Below, piece by piece: positions 40,526 to 49,370 of a stretch of 64,000 bases of DNA. The notes under the pieces are model-generated. The model had not been told where the DNA came from. It ran no database searches and saw only the letters and a program-made list of their open reading frames with translations. Position numbers and translations under genes: made by a program. Location of the stretch: assembly GCA_028286905.1 (NCBI GenBank), contig JAQBQP010000002.1:453358-517357 (forward strand), given 5' to 3'. The DNA is from Candidatus Doudnabacteria bacterium. GTDB lineage: Bacteria; Patescibacteriota; Doudnabacteria; UBA920; VMFF01. Numbering within the stretch: the first letter of the stretch is position 1; the number at the start of each line of letters is the position of its first letter.

Positions 40526-40624
40526 TAATATTAACAAATAAGTGCCGTTGACTTTTACCACAAAACATCATAAAATATCATATTCCTGGCGAACGCCTTG
40601 AACACACTCCAACGGAGGCAACAA

Positions 40625-40981
40625 ATGAAGATGCATATGCCGCGTCTCACCACGATTCTTTCCACCCTTCTCCTGACGGGTTGCGCGGGTTTCTCACGTT
40701 CCTGCTCTTCGTGGAATGCGAGAAACTTCGCAAGCGACTGGGTCGTCGTGCAGTACAAGTTCGACGGATCACCCATCAACTGCTGGACTCTCAAGGGCAC
40801 CAGCGTTTCGAACGAGGGAGGGTCTGACGGCATCTACTGGAAGGACGGGACAAGCGGCCATCTGGTTCACATCTCGGGATGGTACAACCGAGTCCAGGTC
40901 GCCAACAACCAGTTCGCGCAAGCCGCGACGCTGATGGGGGTAGACGCAAGCAAGTGCGCAAACGGCAAATACCAACCGTAA
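40625..40981 (+). CDS. GC-rich lipoprotein (cassette)
   Basis: GGAGG RBS, lipobox LLTGC, TTGACT-17-TAAAAT promoter, terminator about 41000-41037. Confidence 0.75.
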   Translation: MKMHMPRLTTILSTLLLTGCAGFSRSCSSWNARNFASDWVVVQYKFDGSPINCWTLKGTSVSNEGGSDGIYWKDGTSGHLVHISGWYNRVQVANNQFAQAATLMGVDASKCANGKYQP

Positions 40982-41091
40982 CGTTTGTGCCGAGCACCAA
41001 AACCACCAGGTTCTTATTGAGCCTGGTGGTGTTTTATTTAAAATAAGCGATGTGGGTTGCTAGAAGAAGTTAGAACTTCAATTGAATATTC

Positions 41092-41544
41092 CTAGTTTTT
41101 GAGTTCCTCGGCCAATCCAATAAGAATTCCTTCGGGCCCACGAATATAACAAAGCCTATAAGAATTCTCATATTGAACCACATCGCCTACGAGTTGGGCG
41201 CCTAACTTTTTAAGCCGTTCAACCAGCTCATCAATGTCACTTACAGTGAACATTGCTCTCAAATAACCAAGAGCATTCACTGGAGCATTTCGATGGTCGG
41301 CAATGACAGGAGGAGTAAAAAAACGCGAAAGCTCAATTCGACTGTGGTTGTCGGGTGTGACCATCATCGCTACCTCAACGTTCTGGTCACCTAATCCAGT
41401 AACACGTCCCGCCCACTCTCCTTCTACAATAGCGCGACCTTCAAGCTTTAAACCAAGCTCGGTAAAAAAAGAAATAACTTCATCGAGGGATTCCACAACG
41501 ATGCCGATGTTGTCCATGCGTAGCACTTTACTTTTTTCTGTCAT
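41092..41544 (-). CDS. VOC/glyoxalase family protein
   Basis: MDNIGIVVESL, YRLCYIRGPEGILIGLAE. Confidence 0.92.
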   Translation of the reverse strand: MTEKSKVLRMDNIGIVVESLDEVISFFTELGLKLEGRAIVEGEWAGRVTGLGDQNVEVAMMVTPDNHSRIELSRFFTPPVIADHRNAPVNALGYLRAMFTVSDIDELVERLKKLGAQLVGDVVQYENSYRLCYIRGPEGILIGLAEELKN

Positions 41545-41581
41545 TTTATTCCGTTATTATTTTAACTGTTGATACCTAAAA

Positions 41582-41648
41582 AGCATAACAAAAAACCAGC
41601 TCCATTACGAGGTGGCTTTGGCACGGGCTATGGGAGCAAGTTGGAACT
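41582..41648 (-). repeat. tRNA-Trp-end/terminator/promoter repeat
   Basis: + strand AGCATAACAAAAAACCAGCTCCATTACGAGGTGGCTTTGGCACGGGCTATGGGAGCAAGTTGGAAC. Confidence 0.85.
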
Positions 41649-41689
41649 AGAATTGCTCAAAAAAACCACCAAATTTAGACAGTTATTTT

Positions 41690-42310
41690 TTACAACAGGA
41701 TTAGAATAAGAGCTATGATCGCCATTCCGAAATCCTCAATAAGCGTTACGTAGGTAAGTGGGACTTTGAGAAACGTTCCTAAACAAGCGCACATAAAAGG
41801 TTCTCGCCTTGCAAACTTAATCGCGACTCCTAATCCGCTAAAAACCATTACAACAAATTCCGCCCACAACAGCCACATCGAATGCAATCCTGATAACATA
41901 GCAAAACCAAAACCTAATTCGATGAACGGATATATGTACCCATATCCGAACCACTTTTTAGCCAAAAGATCATAGGTAGAATAACCTTCAGCAAAACCTT
42001 TTACGTCCATCAATTTAAATCCACCGAAGACTAAAAAGAATCCAGTCATAAAATTCAGAAGAAAACCTGTCAAAGAAATTCGTCCGTTCCAAGCAGTAAT
42101 TACCGAAGCAATAAATATCAGAAGAATGATCACTATCAAAGGTTGATAACTTTTCCAAGTGATCACACCTAAACCTTGTTCAGAGGTTGTGTGCGCCATT
42201 GGTTTGATCTGATCCTTTAAGACAAGCGTCATTCCACATTTTGGACAGCGGCCTAGTTGATCTGAAACAATATCAAGGTGCATCGGGCAAGTATAAATTT
42301 GATTATCCAT
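41690..42310 (-). CDS. Heavy-metal-binding domain + MauE/DoxX-like membrane protein
   Basis: YTCPMH...GRCPKCGMTLV; YDLLAK..YPFIEL; CACLG. Confidence 0.85.
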   Translation of the reverse strand: MDNQIYTCPMHLDIVSDQLGRCPKCGMTLVLKDQIKPMAHTTSEQGLGVITWKSYQPLIVIILLIFIASVITAWNGRISLTGFLLNFMTGFFLVFGGFKLMDVKGFAEGYSTYDLLAKKWFGYGYIYPFIELGFGFAMLSGLHSMWLLWAEFVVMVFSGLGVAIKFARREPFMCACLGTFLKVPLTYVTLIEDFGMAIIALILILL

Positions 42311-42391
42311 AATTTTGACCTTTCTTAATAAAGTTTCATTATTTCAACAAAATTTTCTTATCATAAGACGATTATACCATACACTAAAATT

Positions 42392-42422
42392 ACGGGCTGT
42401 GGGAGCAAGTTAGAACTGAAAT
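42392..42422 (-). repeat. Partial tRNA-Trp-end repeat
   Basis: + strand ACGGGCTGTGGGAGCAAGTTAGAACTGAAAT. Confidence 0.8.
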
Positions 42423-42440
42423 AAGACAAGAATGCTCGTT

Positions 42441-43631
42441 TTAATGCGGATGGTTATGCAGTGGTTTATCGTTTGGGTCGTGCTTCATCCGAGTCAAAAA
42501 AGTCACAGCCAACACAGTCGATATCGGAACTGCAAGTATTAAAGAGATACTTCCTACCAAAGTCCTAACTATTTCTTCCATCACGAACTCGCTATTCAAA
42601 GTAACCCACAATGGTTGAGCCGTATTTAAAACAAATAGCAAAAAAAGCGGTAACGAAGCGCCGGCATATGCAAGCACCAATGTATTCACCAAAGAAGCTA
42701 TGTGCTCTTTCCCGACAGATATACCACCTTGGTATAATCTCTTCTTTTCGATTTGCGGATGCACTTTACGTATTTCATCAACAGAAGCCACTTGGCTTGT
42801 GGTAACATCATCCAGTACTCCCAGAGTTCCAATAATTATTCCACTTAAAAGTAACCCCTGAAGATTTAAAACACTTCCATAGCCTGCTTGGAGATAATAC
42901 GCTTCTTCCGAGCCAAGCCCAAATAACTTTGCTAAGTGCACAAAAAGTGCAGCCATCCCAATTGAAATTACCAATGTTATCAAAGTACTTAAAACAGCAA
43001 TGCTAATACGCTTATTAAAACCATGTGCTAAATAAATAGAACCAACAGATATTACGATGGAGCCGATTAGGGTTACCAATAACGGATTACTGCCATGCAA
43101 GATGGATGGAACTATGAATTTTAATAAAATAAAGATTGTGAAAACTAAACCTAGAATTGATGTGAAGCCACGTAATCTGCCAAAGAAAATAACTACTGCT
43201 AAAAATATTACGATCATTATGCCCAATGCTGGCAAACGATATCTGTCGACAACCGCATATTCGGTTTGTCCTTGATTCATATTTTTAGTTACAACAACTA
43301 TTTCGCCTTTAACAAGCCATTGTTTATACGTATCTGGATTTTCATTAATTCGATAATTAATGACTTTATCTTTTTCTGGACCGTCTAAAATTTGTAGTTT
43401 AGAATCTTGCTCTCGGGCAGGGATCGTCTGACTGCTGTGGGTTATTTCGCTGTTCCATCGCTCATCTTTAGTTATTTCAAGAACTTTGGCCTTTTGAAAA
43501 CTTTGTGGCACTACTGCTCCGGGCTCTACCACCTCTAAGGGAATATTGCCAACACTTTGATTGTCTTGTGCTTTGGACAATAAAGGCACTGAGGATAAAA
43601 GTATACAGATAATTAAAAACAGTTTTTTCAT
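42441..43631 (-). CDS. YibE/F family membrane protein
   Basis: GTLGVLDDVT, HIASLVNTLVLAYAG.SLP, EIVRTLVGSI; His-rich C-terminus. Confidence 0.92.
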   Translation of the reverse strand: MKKLFLIICILLSSVPLLSKAQDNQSVGNIPLEVVEPGAVVPQSFQKAKVLEITKDERWNSEITHSSQTIPAREQDSKLQILDGPEKDKVINYRINENPDTYKQWLVKGEIVVVTKNMNQGQTEYAVVDRYRLPALGIMIVIFLAVVIFFGRLRGFTSILGLVFTIFILLKFIVPSILHGSNPLLVTLIGSIVISVGSIYLAHGFNKRISIAVLSTLITLVISIGMAALFVHLAKLFGLGSEEAYYLQAGYGSVLNLQGLLLSGIIIGTLGVLDDVTTSQVASVDEIRKVHPQIEKKRLYQGGISVGKEHIASLVNTLVLAYAGASLPLFLLFVLNTAQPLWVTLNSEFVMEEIVRTLVGSISLILAVPISTVLAVTFLTRMKHDPNDKPLHNHPH

Positions 43632-43710
43632 ATATTAGGATTATAGCAATAAAATACTGTAAGCCCCCAAGATATAACACTCAGGGGCTCACAAGTGATC
43701 AGTCTGACGA

Positions 43711-44103
43711 TCAGCAATCTGCCGAAGCCAAAGCGCCGTTCTGAAGCTGAATCTGCTCCAACGGCGACATCGCCAGTAGCTCGCGGGTTGGCGCTGCCAC
43801 AGAACCGCAGCAGTTGTAGAGACCGAAAGCGACGCCGAACTCAGCTTCGCAGATACTGCGAGCGATATCCGTTCCAAGCAGACGGGTGATCTGCTTACCC
43901 AACGCTGTGTTCGGGTCCTGAGGATCCAGGATCTTCGCAGCAGACGCCTTCGTCCTTGCTGCGAGCTCGCCCAGATAAGCGACGCCGAGCGGCAGGTCAC
44001 GCTGAAACGCTTCGAAGAGTGCGCTACGCATCTGACCCTCACTTGCGGTATCCAAATCAACACCGCGCTCGTCCAGCACAGACACGATCGACTGATAAGA
44101 CAT
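43711..44103 (-). CDS. SCO5389-like protein
   Basis: GKQITRLLGTDIAR...EFGVAFGLYNCC and terminal DC resemble the actinobacterial SCO5389 family (from memory); GGAGG RBS. Confidence 0.65.
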   Translation of the reverse strand: MSYQSIVSVLDERGVDLDTASEGQMRSALFEAFQRDLPLGVAYLGELAARTKASAAKILDPQDPNTALGKQITRLLGTDIARSICEAEFGVAFGLYNCCGSVAAPTRELLAMSPLEQIQLQNGALASADC

Positions 44104-44167
44104 ACATCCTCCGATGATATTCTGAGTACCAGGGCCAAACAGAATGTTTGGAACTGGTTACAAAATA

Positions 44168-45103
44168 TCAATCTCTCAAAACAAAATCTGGGTCGACTTG
44201 TTTTCGCAAATCCTTACCAATAGAAACATTTCCCCAACTTTCCGAATTCTTTATATGAAACTCTACTGTCTGTCTGTAAAACTTCGTCCAATCTTTTTTT
44301 GACTCTCCTACTATTTGGATTAATTTTTTCAGCGCCTGGATATTTTGCTCCTCCAGAAAATTAATCGATATAACCTCTCCTCTTTCTGAATTTTTAACGA
44401 AATCAGATTGGCCAAAATAAACCAACAAGTCTTCACCTAGTTTGTTTTGCAAAAATTGTAAGTCTGAATTATCAGAAATTTTATTTCCAATTGCGACAAC
44501 CTTTACATCGTAATCTTTCGCAAACTTTTTATACTGTTCAAATACTGATACTGATTTTAAGGTAGGCTCAACGACAACAAAAGTAATATCGAATTTTGTA
44601 AACATACCGGAAGCAAAGGTGTCCGCACCCGCGGTCATATCCACGACAACATATTCATCTTCTCTGTCCAACATATGGTTTAACAATAATTCCACTGCGC
44701 CCACTTTGGAGTGATAACATTTAACTCCCAAGTCCTCTTCGCTAAACTCACCGACAGCCATAAATCTTAAGCTACCAGCTGAAATAGAAAACTTTTCAAA
44801 TAGTGGGTTCGTTTCTTTTAACCTTAATAAATTAGATCCTGCGCCAGGTGGGGAAGTTTTTATCATTTCTGAGGCTGATTCTATTCGGGGATTAGAACCT
44901 CTTAAGTACTCCTTTATCTCTGGAAGATACGTACCCAAAGACAAGACTTCAATTAATGGCAACCCTAAAGATCCTTTCATGTGCTGATTAATGTCGGCCT
45001 CAATTGCAAGGACAGGACAATTATTCTGTTGTAAGTATCGGCAGAAAAGTGTGCTGGTAGTGGTTTTCCCACTACCGCCTTTCCCCACAAAAGCTATTTT
45101 CAT
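44168..45103 (-). CDS. CooC/MinD-like P-loop ATPase
   Basis: MKIAFVGKGGSGKTT deviant Walker A, CYHSK, VVDMTAG; start 45103. Confidence 0.88.
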   Translation of the reverse strand: MKIAFVGKGGSGKTTTSTLFCRYLQQNNCPVLAIEADINQHMKGSLGLPLIEVLSLGTYLPEIKEYLRGSNPRIESASEMIKTSPPGAGSNLLRLKETNPLFEKFSISAGSLRFMAVGEFSEEDLGVKCYHSKVGAVELLLNHMLDREDEYVVVDMTAGADTFASGMFTKFDITFVVVEPTLKSVSVFEQYKKFAKDYDVKVVAIGNKISDNSDLQFLQNKLGEDLLVYFGQSDFVKNSERGEVISINFLEEQNIQALKKLIQIVGESKKDWTKFYRQTVEFHIKNSESWGNVSIGKDLRKQVDPDFVLRD

Positions 45104-45166
45104 AAATGCAAATGATTTGCATTTACTATATACGAGGTCAGGAACAAATGCAAGTGACTTGCATTT
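45103..45166. promoter_or_regulatory. Two Fur/Zur-type palindromic operators
   Basis: TAAATGCAAATGATTTGCATTTA (45103-45125) and AAATGCAAGTGACTTGCATTT (45146-45166) between divergent genes. Confidence 0.85.
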
Positions 45167-45193
45167 AGCTAAACTTTGTGCCATACTATGATT

Positions 45194-45595
45194 ATGGAAA
45201 ACAAAGAGCTGGTAAAATCTTACGGCTTAAAAGCAACCCCCACTCGCCTTTCAGTATTAGCGGCGCTACAGAAATATTCAAAACCTGTGAGTGTATTTGA
45301 TATATTAAAAAACTTGAACAAAAATACTGATCAAACCACAGTATACCGAATACTAAATGTATTCGTTGAGAAAGGTATGATAAAAAAAATTGACCTAAAA
45401 AAAGATTTTTCATTTTTTGAAATCAATGAAGGAAAACACCATCACCATTTGGTGTGTCAAAGTTGTTCCAAAATAAAAGAGATTGAATCTTGCGATATCT
45501 CTGCCATAGAGAAACAAGTGTTAAAAAAAAGTGGTTTCAAAAGTATTGATGAGCATGCTTTAGAGTTTTACGGACTTTGCGAAAACTGCGCATAA
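45194..45595 (+). CDS. Fur family regulator (Zur-like)
   Basis: GLKATPTR, TTVYR.L, HHHHLVC..C, FYGLC..C. Confidence 0.93.
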   Translation: MENKELVKSYGLKATPTRLSVLAALQKYSKPVSVFDILKNLNKNTDQTTVYRILNVFVEKGMIKKIDLKKDFSFFEINEGKHHHHLVCQSCSKIKEIESCDISAIEKQVLKKSGFKSIDEHALEFYGLCENCA

Positions 45596-45615
45596 AATTT
45601 TTATAATAGACTATC

Positions 45616-45681
45616 AAAAAATCTCCACCCTATTCGGGTGGAGATTTTTTGGCACGGGCTGTGGGAGGTTAGAACTGAAAT
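45616..45681 (-). repeat. tRNA-Trp-end/terminator repeat
   Basis: + strand AAAAAATCTCCACCC-loop-GGGTGGAGATTTTTTGGCACGGGCTGTGGGAGGTTAGAACTGAAAT. Confidence 0.85.
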
Positions 45682-45771
45682 GACAAAACAAAACGGAAAG
45701 GTGCCTTTTGACAGCTGTAATTAAATATGTCATTGTGTGACATTGGCATTCACCCTCTTACCTTTATTTCC

Positions 45772-46155
45772 ATGCCTAGCAGAGAAGAACTAGCGGCACA
45801 GGTGATATGGAACAGCGGTGGTTCCGGTCTCGGTATTTGCCGAGTCGCTAACGCCCTGATACGGGCGATGGACCGGCCGGGACCTAACAATCCCGACTAC
45901 CCTTCCATCGTAGCTGTGTCCGATCCACCAGAGAAGTACACGGACGAGGAACTGACGCTGATCGTAGAATTCGCTCAACGTGCAACGGCCAAACACGACG
46001 AGATGTTTCGCTTCCGTCGTGGCGCAAACCTCATACTGTTCGACAAGGAGGAGTGGAACGGAAGAACTGTGTGGATGCGAAAGCGTCTAACATGGGAGTA
46101 CGGTCCGATGTTCTCACCGACGTTAGTGGAAGCAATTGCGTCCATGGATCGGTAA
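45772..46155 (+). CDS. GC-rich hypothetical protein (cassette)
   Basis: ORF track; promoter at 45708-45740 similar to that at 33321-33353; start uncertain. Confidence 0.65.
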   Translation: MPSREELAAQVIWNSGGSGLGICRVANALIRAMDRPGPNNPDYPSIVAVSDPPEKYTDEELTLIVEFAQRATAKHDEMFRFRRGANLILFDKEEWNGRTVWMRKRLTWEYGPMFSPTLVEAIASMDR

Positions 46156-46265
46156 AACCACAAATCACAGGAGGCTGTAGTTCACGTCATTCTTGGCGTG
46201 AGGTCCCGGGGAACAATAGCATGTTCCCCTTTCCTCTAAGCTCATCAATACTGGTGATCTTAGAG

Positions 46266-46330
46266 AAAATAACCCCCCTCGAAAGGGTGTTTTTTGATAC
46301 GGGCTATGGGAGCAAGTTGGAACCGAAATA
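46266..46330 (-). repeat. tRNA-Trp-end/terminator repeat
   Basis: + strand hairpin then TTTTTGATACGGGCTATGGGAGCAAGTTGGAACCGAAAT. Confidence 0.8.
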
Positions 46331-46331
46331 A

Positions 46332-47015
46332 CTAAATACCCTGTCGCTTTACTGCTTTAAGTATAAAAAAGCCTGGGTATTTTTTTCCATCAATTTGTTC
46401 CGCTGATGGGTCCCATTGTTCGTCAAATAATTGAACATCGAAATTTTTAAAAAGAAAGTCGTTTAAGTACTCGTTCATGGTATGGGAAGGTTCCTTTACT
46501 AGAATAGTATTGTTCAAAATATTGGAATCAACGATTTGTTGCTCAAAATAATCTGCTGTATTATCTTTCTTTTCAAAGTATTGTCTAAATGGATGCGTTA
46601 CCAAATACATCATTACTCCGCCAGGTTTCAACACTCTGTGTACTTCTTTAAAAACTGGTTTCAGGTCAGAAGAAGTCATAATTGCATATTTGGAAAGTAC
46701 AACATCAAAAAAGTTTTCCTCAAAAGGGAGACTTTCAAAAAGACCTGTTCTAATGTCAGCGTCAGGCATTCTGGATTGGGCTAAAGCTACCATTTCTTTG
46801 GATGCATCAATTCCGTATACCGCAGCCCCCAATTCTTTATAGTAAAGTAAATCTAGACCATCGCCACAAGCCACATCCAGTAATTTCATTCCAGGCTTAA
46901 CAAAATCTAAATAACTATAAAACAACTTCCTGTTTAAATTATTACTGTTTTCACCGGTGTCATGAACCTCGGAAAACTTCTTAGCAAAATTATTATATTG
47001 TGTAGATAATTCCAT
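46332..47015 (-). CDS. Class I SAM-dependent methyltransferase
   Basis: LLDVACGDG, YGIDAS, LPFEENFFDVV, RVLKPGG; start 47015. Confidence 0.92.
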   Translation of the reverse strand: MELSTQYNNFAKKFSEVHDTGENSNNLNRKLFYSYLDFVKPGMKLLDVACGDGLDLLYYKELGAAVYGIDASKEMVALAQSRMPDADIRTGLFESLPFEENFFDVVLSKYAIMTSSDLKPVFKEVHRVLKPGGVMMYLVTHPFRQYFEKKDNTADYFEQQIVDSNILNNTILVKEPSHTMNEYLNDFLFKNFDVQLFDEQWDPSAEQIDGKKYPGFFILKAVKRQGI

Positions 47016-47020
47016 AACCC

Positions 47021-47149
47021 TAGCATAACAAAAAATCCCCACTACGACGAGTGAGGAGTTTTTGGCACGGGGCTTGCAGCTCCTTACAGTCGCTGCATTC
47101 CCTCTTCGTTTTGCTAACGCAAAACAAATCAAAGAAGGTCAGGAATCGA
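47021..47149 (-). repeat. Duplicated tRNA-Trp 3' end with a 67-nt hairpin insertion, plus terminator/promoter
   Basis: TGGCACGGGGC (47063-47073) and AGGAATCGA (47141-47149) match the tRNA but are separated by an insert. Confidence 0.7.
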
Positions 47150-47173
47150 GTCGTATTCCATAGCTACCAAATC

Positions 47174-47207
47174 AAAAATACTCCATCCTGATGGATGGAG
47201 TATTTTT
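47174..47207 (-). terminator. Terminator after tRNA-Trp
   Basis: AAAAATACTCCATCC-loop-GGATGGAGTATTTTT. Confidence 0.85.
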
Positions 47208-47280
47208 GGCACGGGGCGTAGGAATCGAACCTACGTAAGCGGTTTTGGAGACCGCCGTAATACCACTATACGAGCCCCGC
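47207..47280 (-). tRNA. tRNA-Trp(CCA)
   Basis: Cloverleaf, anticodon loop CT-CCA-AA, GTTCGATTC, encoded CCA. Confidence 0.95.
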
Positions 47281-47350
47281 ATGATCACACTTAAATTATA
47301 CACTACTTAAGAAAAACAGCTTCCGAGCATATAGCGCGCAAGCTGTTTAA

Positions 47351-47506
47351 TTACTTGGTTTCTTTGTGCAAGGTCATCTTACGTTCATGCTTGCAATATT
47401 TCATGATTTCCAAGCGCTTCTGATTTAGCTTCTTATTCTTTCTAGAATGATAATTCAGGTTTTTACACTCTGTGCATTCTAGCTTTATTAGGTTATCTTG
47501 TGACAT
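47351..47506 (-). CDS. rpmG: 50S ribosomal protein L33 (missing from ORF track)
   Basis: [51 protein letters not shown]. Confidence 0.95.
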   Translation of the reverse strand: MSQDNLIKLECTECKNLNYHSRKNKKLNQKRLEIMKYCKHERKMTLHKETK

Positions 47507-47523
47507 ATTTTCCTATTAGGTTA

Positions 47524-47599
47524 TGGAGCCGGCTGTCGGACTCGAACCGACCACCTACGGTTTACAAAACCGTTGCTCTACCGGATGAGCTAAGCCGGC
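47524..47599 (-). tRNA. tRNA-Thr(TGT)
   Basis: Cloverleaf, anticodon TGT, GTTCGAGTC, CCA end. Confidence 0.95.
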
Positions 47600-47656
47600 A
47601 AGTGAATGCCGTAGGTCAAATTAACTACTAAAATTTAACACAAATTCCCAAAACTG

Positions 47657-48124
47657 TCAAAGACTATGAGGCTCGCTTCGTGCCTTATAGACTCTCCAAG
47701 AAGCCTTACCTCTCACTATAATCCAATTAACAGGCTGATCCCATTCTTGTCTTATAAGCTTAAGATCTGAAAATTTTGTACTATCAATAATACCTACTTT
47801 TACCCAATTAGAGGGAATTTTAGAAAGAAAACGATCATACCACCCAGCGCCTTTTCCATGCCTGGTACCATAAACATCAAACATTGTTCCTGGAATAAAA
47901 ACCGATACCGGGCCATTCTTAAATCTAGCTAGACAATTATCTGCCCACTCAAATGGATCACTATTTTTATCTTTTGGAATGACAATGAGATTGTTTTTGT
48001 TTATTTCTAAAGGAAATGATAAATCGTTATAATCAACTTCACTTTTTGTGGGTACGTATAAAACAAACCCCGCGCATTGGGAAAATATTTCTTGTAATTC
48101 TTTTAATGCGGCTACTTCTTCCAT
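47657..48124 (-). CDS. 5-formyltetrahydrofolate cyclo-ligase family protein
   Basis: FIPG..FD..G.RHGKGAGWYDRFL, WDQPV. Confidence 0.85.
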   Translation of the reverse strand: MEEVAALKELQEIFSQCAGFVLYVPTKSEVDYNDLSFPLEINKNNLIVIPKDKNSDPFEWADNCLARFKNGPVSVFIPGTMFDVYGTRHGKGAGWYDRFLSKIPSNWVKVGIIDSTKFSDLKLIRQEWDQPVNWIIVRGKASWRVYKARSEPHSL

Positions 48125-48194
48125 AGATGTATTTTAAAAAAAGATGCTGGAGCGGTGAAACTCCAGCATCGGTGGCAATTGCCCGGCGTTTTGA

Positions 48195-49205
48195 TTAGTG
48201 CTCCATGTGTTTGAGAACCTTCACGTATAACTCCTCCACGACCTTCTCTTGCGCTTTGCCAATCTTGGCGTAGTGATCCAGCCCTGGCGCAGAGTTGACT
48301 TCGAGAACCCAAAATGTACTTGGTTTCTGGCTGATGTCGCCCTCAATCATGAGATCAACGCCGCAAAGGCGCAACCCCATATCACGAGTAAGCTTCACGG
48401 CCAGTTTCCTGAACTCCGGATGCACCTTATCGGTTACATCAACAGAATCGCCCCCAGTGGATAGATTGGCGTTGTCCAAAAGGTAGACCCTCTGACCCTT
48501 TGCAGGGACCGAACGTAAGCTAAGCCCTTGATGGAGCAGCTTTATCGGAATTCGCGGGTCGTCCGCCTTGATTTGGGTGTCTCGACTTGAAGCGACAAAC
48601 TGCCTTTGCTTGATCTTCAAGAGCCGTTCGACTGTGGATTTTCCATCGCCGACAATATTGAGCGGGATGCGCTCGTAGGCAGAGATCACTTTTTTGTCGA
48701 GTACGACCAGGCGATAATCCACCCCAAGTACAGGCTGCTGAACGAGCGCTATTCGATCGCGTTTGAAAACAGCGCGAATAGCTTTGTAGAACTCTCGCTT
48801 GTTGTGGACTAGCGAAACACCGGCGCCTTGGCTGCCGCTGTTCGGCTTCACGATGACCGGAAAACCAATCTTACGTGCGTGCCTATATGCGGCGTCCATA
48901 TTTCTGCGAGGGGCGCCAATCGCTCGGCCCCACTGTTCAGAAAAAAAGGTCTTTGAGCCTGGCACGATCGGGTAACCCATCTCTTTCATGAAGAAGTTCG
49001 AGTAGTCCTTGTCACGAGCGATTTCTGACCCTCCCATTGGGTTCAGATCGAGAGTGTTATAGCGGAAGTAGGAGTGCTGACCACTTTTGAAAGTGATCTG
49101 GCCGACGATTTCCCATTCCGGCTCCATAAGAACAGTCGCCCCAATACGAGGAGCGATCTTCTGCAACATCCTTCCGAGCACTAATGATTCTTTCTTCTTT
49201 TTCAT
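48195..49205 (-). CDS. Stand-alone ATP-grasp ligase, cyanophycin synthetase/GshF-like
   Basis: GFPVIVKPNSGSQGAGV, DYRLVV, NLSTGG, GVDL, LEVNSAPG; GC-rich. Confidence 0.85.
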   Translation of the reverse strand: MKKKKESLVLGRMLQKIAPRIGATVLMEPEWEIVGQITFKSGQHSYFRYNTLDLNPMGGSEIARDKDYSNFFMKEMGYPIVPGSKTFFSEQWGRAIGAPRRNMDAAYRHARKIGFPVIVKPNSGSQGAGVSLVHNKREFYKAIRAVFKRDRIALVQQPVLGVDYRLVVLDKKVISAYERIPLNIVGDGKSTVERLLKIKQRQFVASSRDTQIKADDPRIPIKLLHQGLSLRSVPAKGQRVYLLDNANLSTGGDSVDVTDKVHPEFRKLAVKLTRDMGLRLCGVDLMIEGDISQKPSTFWVLEVNSAPGLDHYAKIGKAQEKVVEELYVKVLKHMEH

Positions 49206-49370
49206 CGTATCTCCTATGACTTGGGCTAAGGAAGCAGAGACTGAAATTTCAGCTTTTTCTGGTTCAAAAACTAATGCAAAGATAGCACTTTATTAGCTTT
49301 TAATCAACTTAATTAGATACCTCTTTTCTAAGATATATGTTATATTTTTAGCGAATCAAAACAGAAATCT

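Noticed and set aside
34374-47280. CRISPR array or classical integron
   Set aside because: Repeats are 0.6-4 kb apart and degenerate; no cas or intI gene; no canonical attC RYYYAAC/GTTRRRY pairs identified
47207-47280. Alternative genetic code (UGA reassignment)
   Set aside because: Trp anticodon is CCA and conserved genes read through intact under code 11
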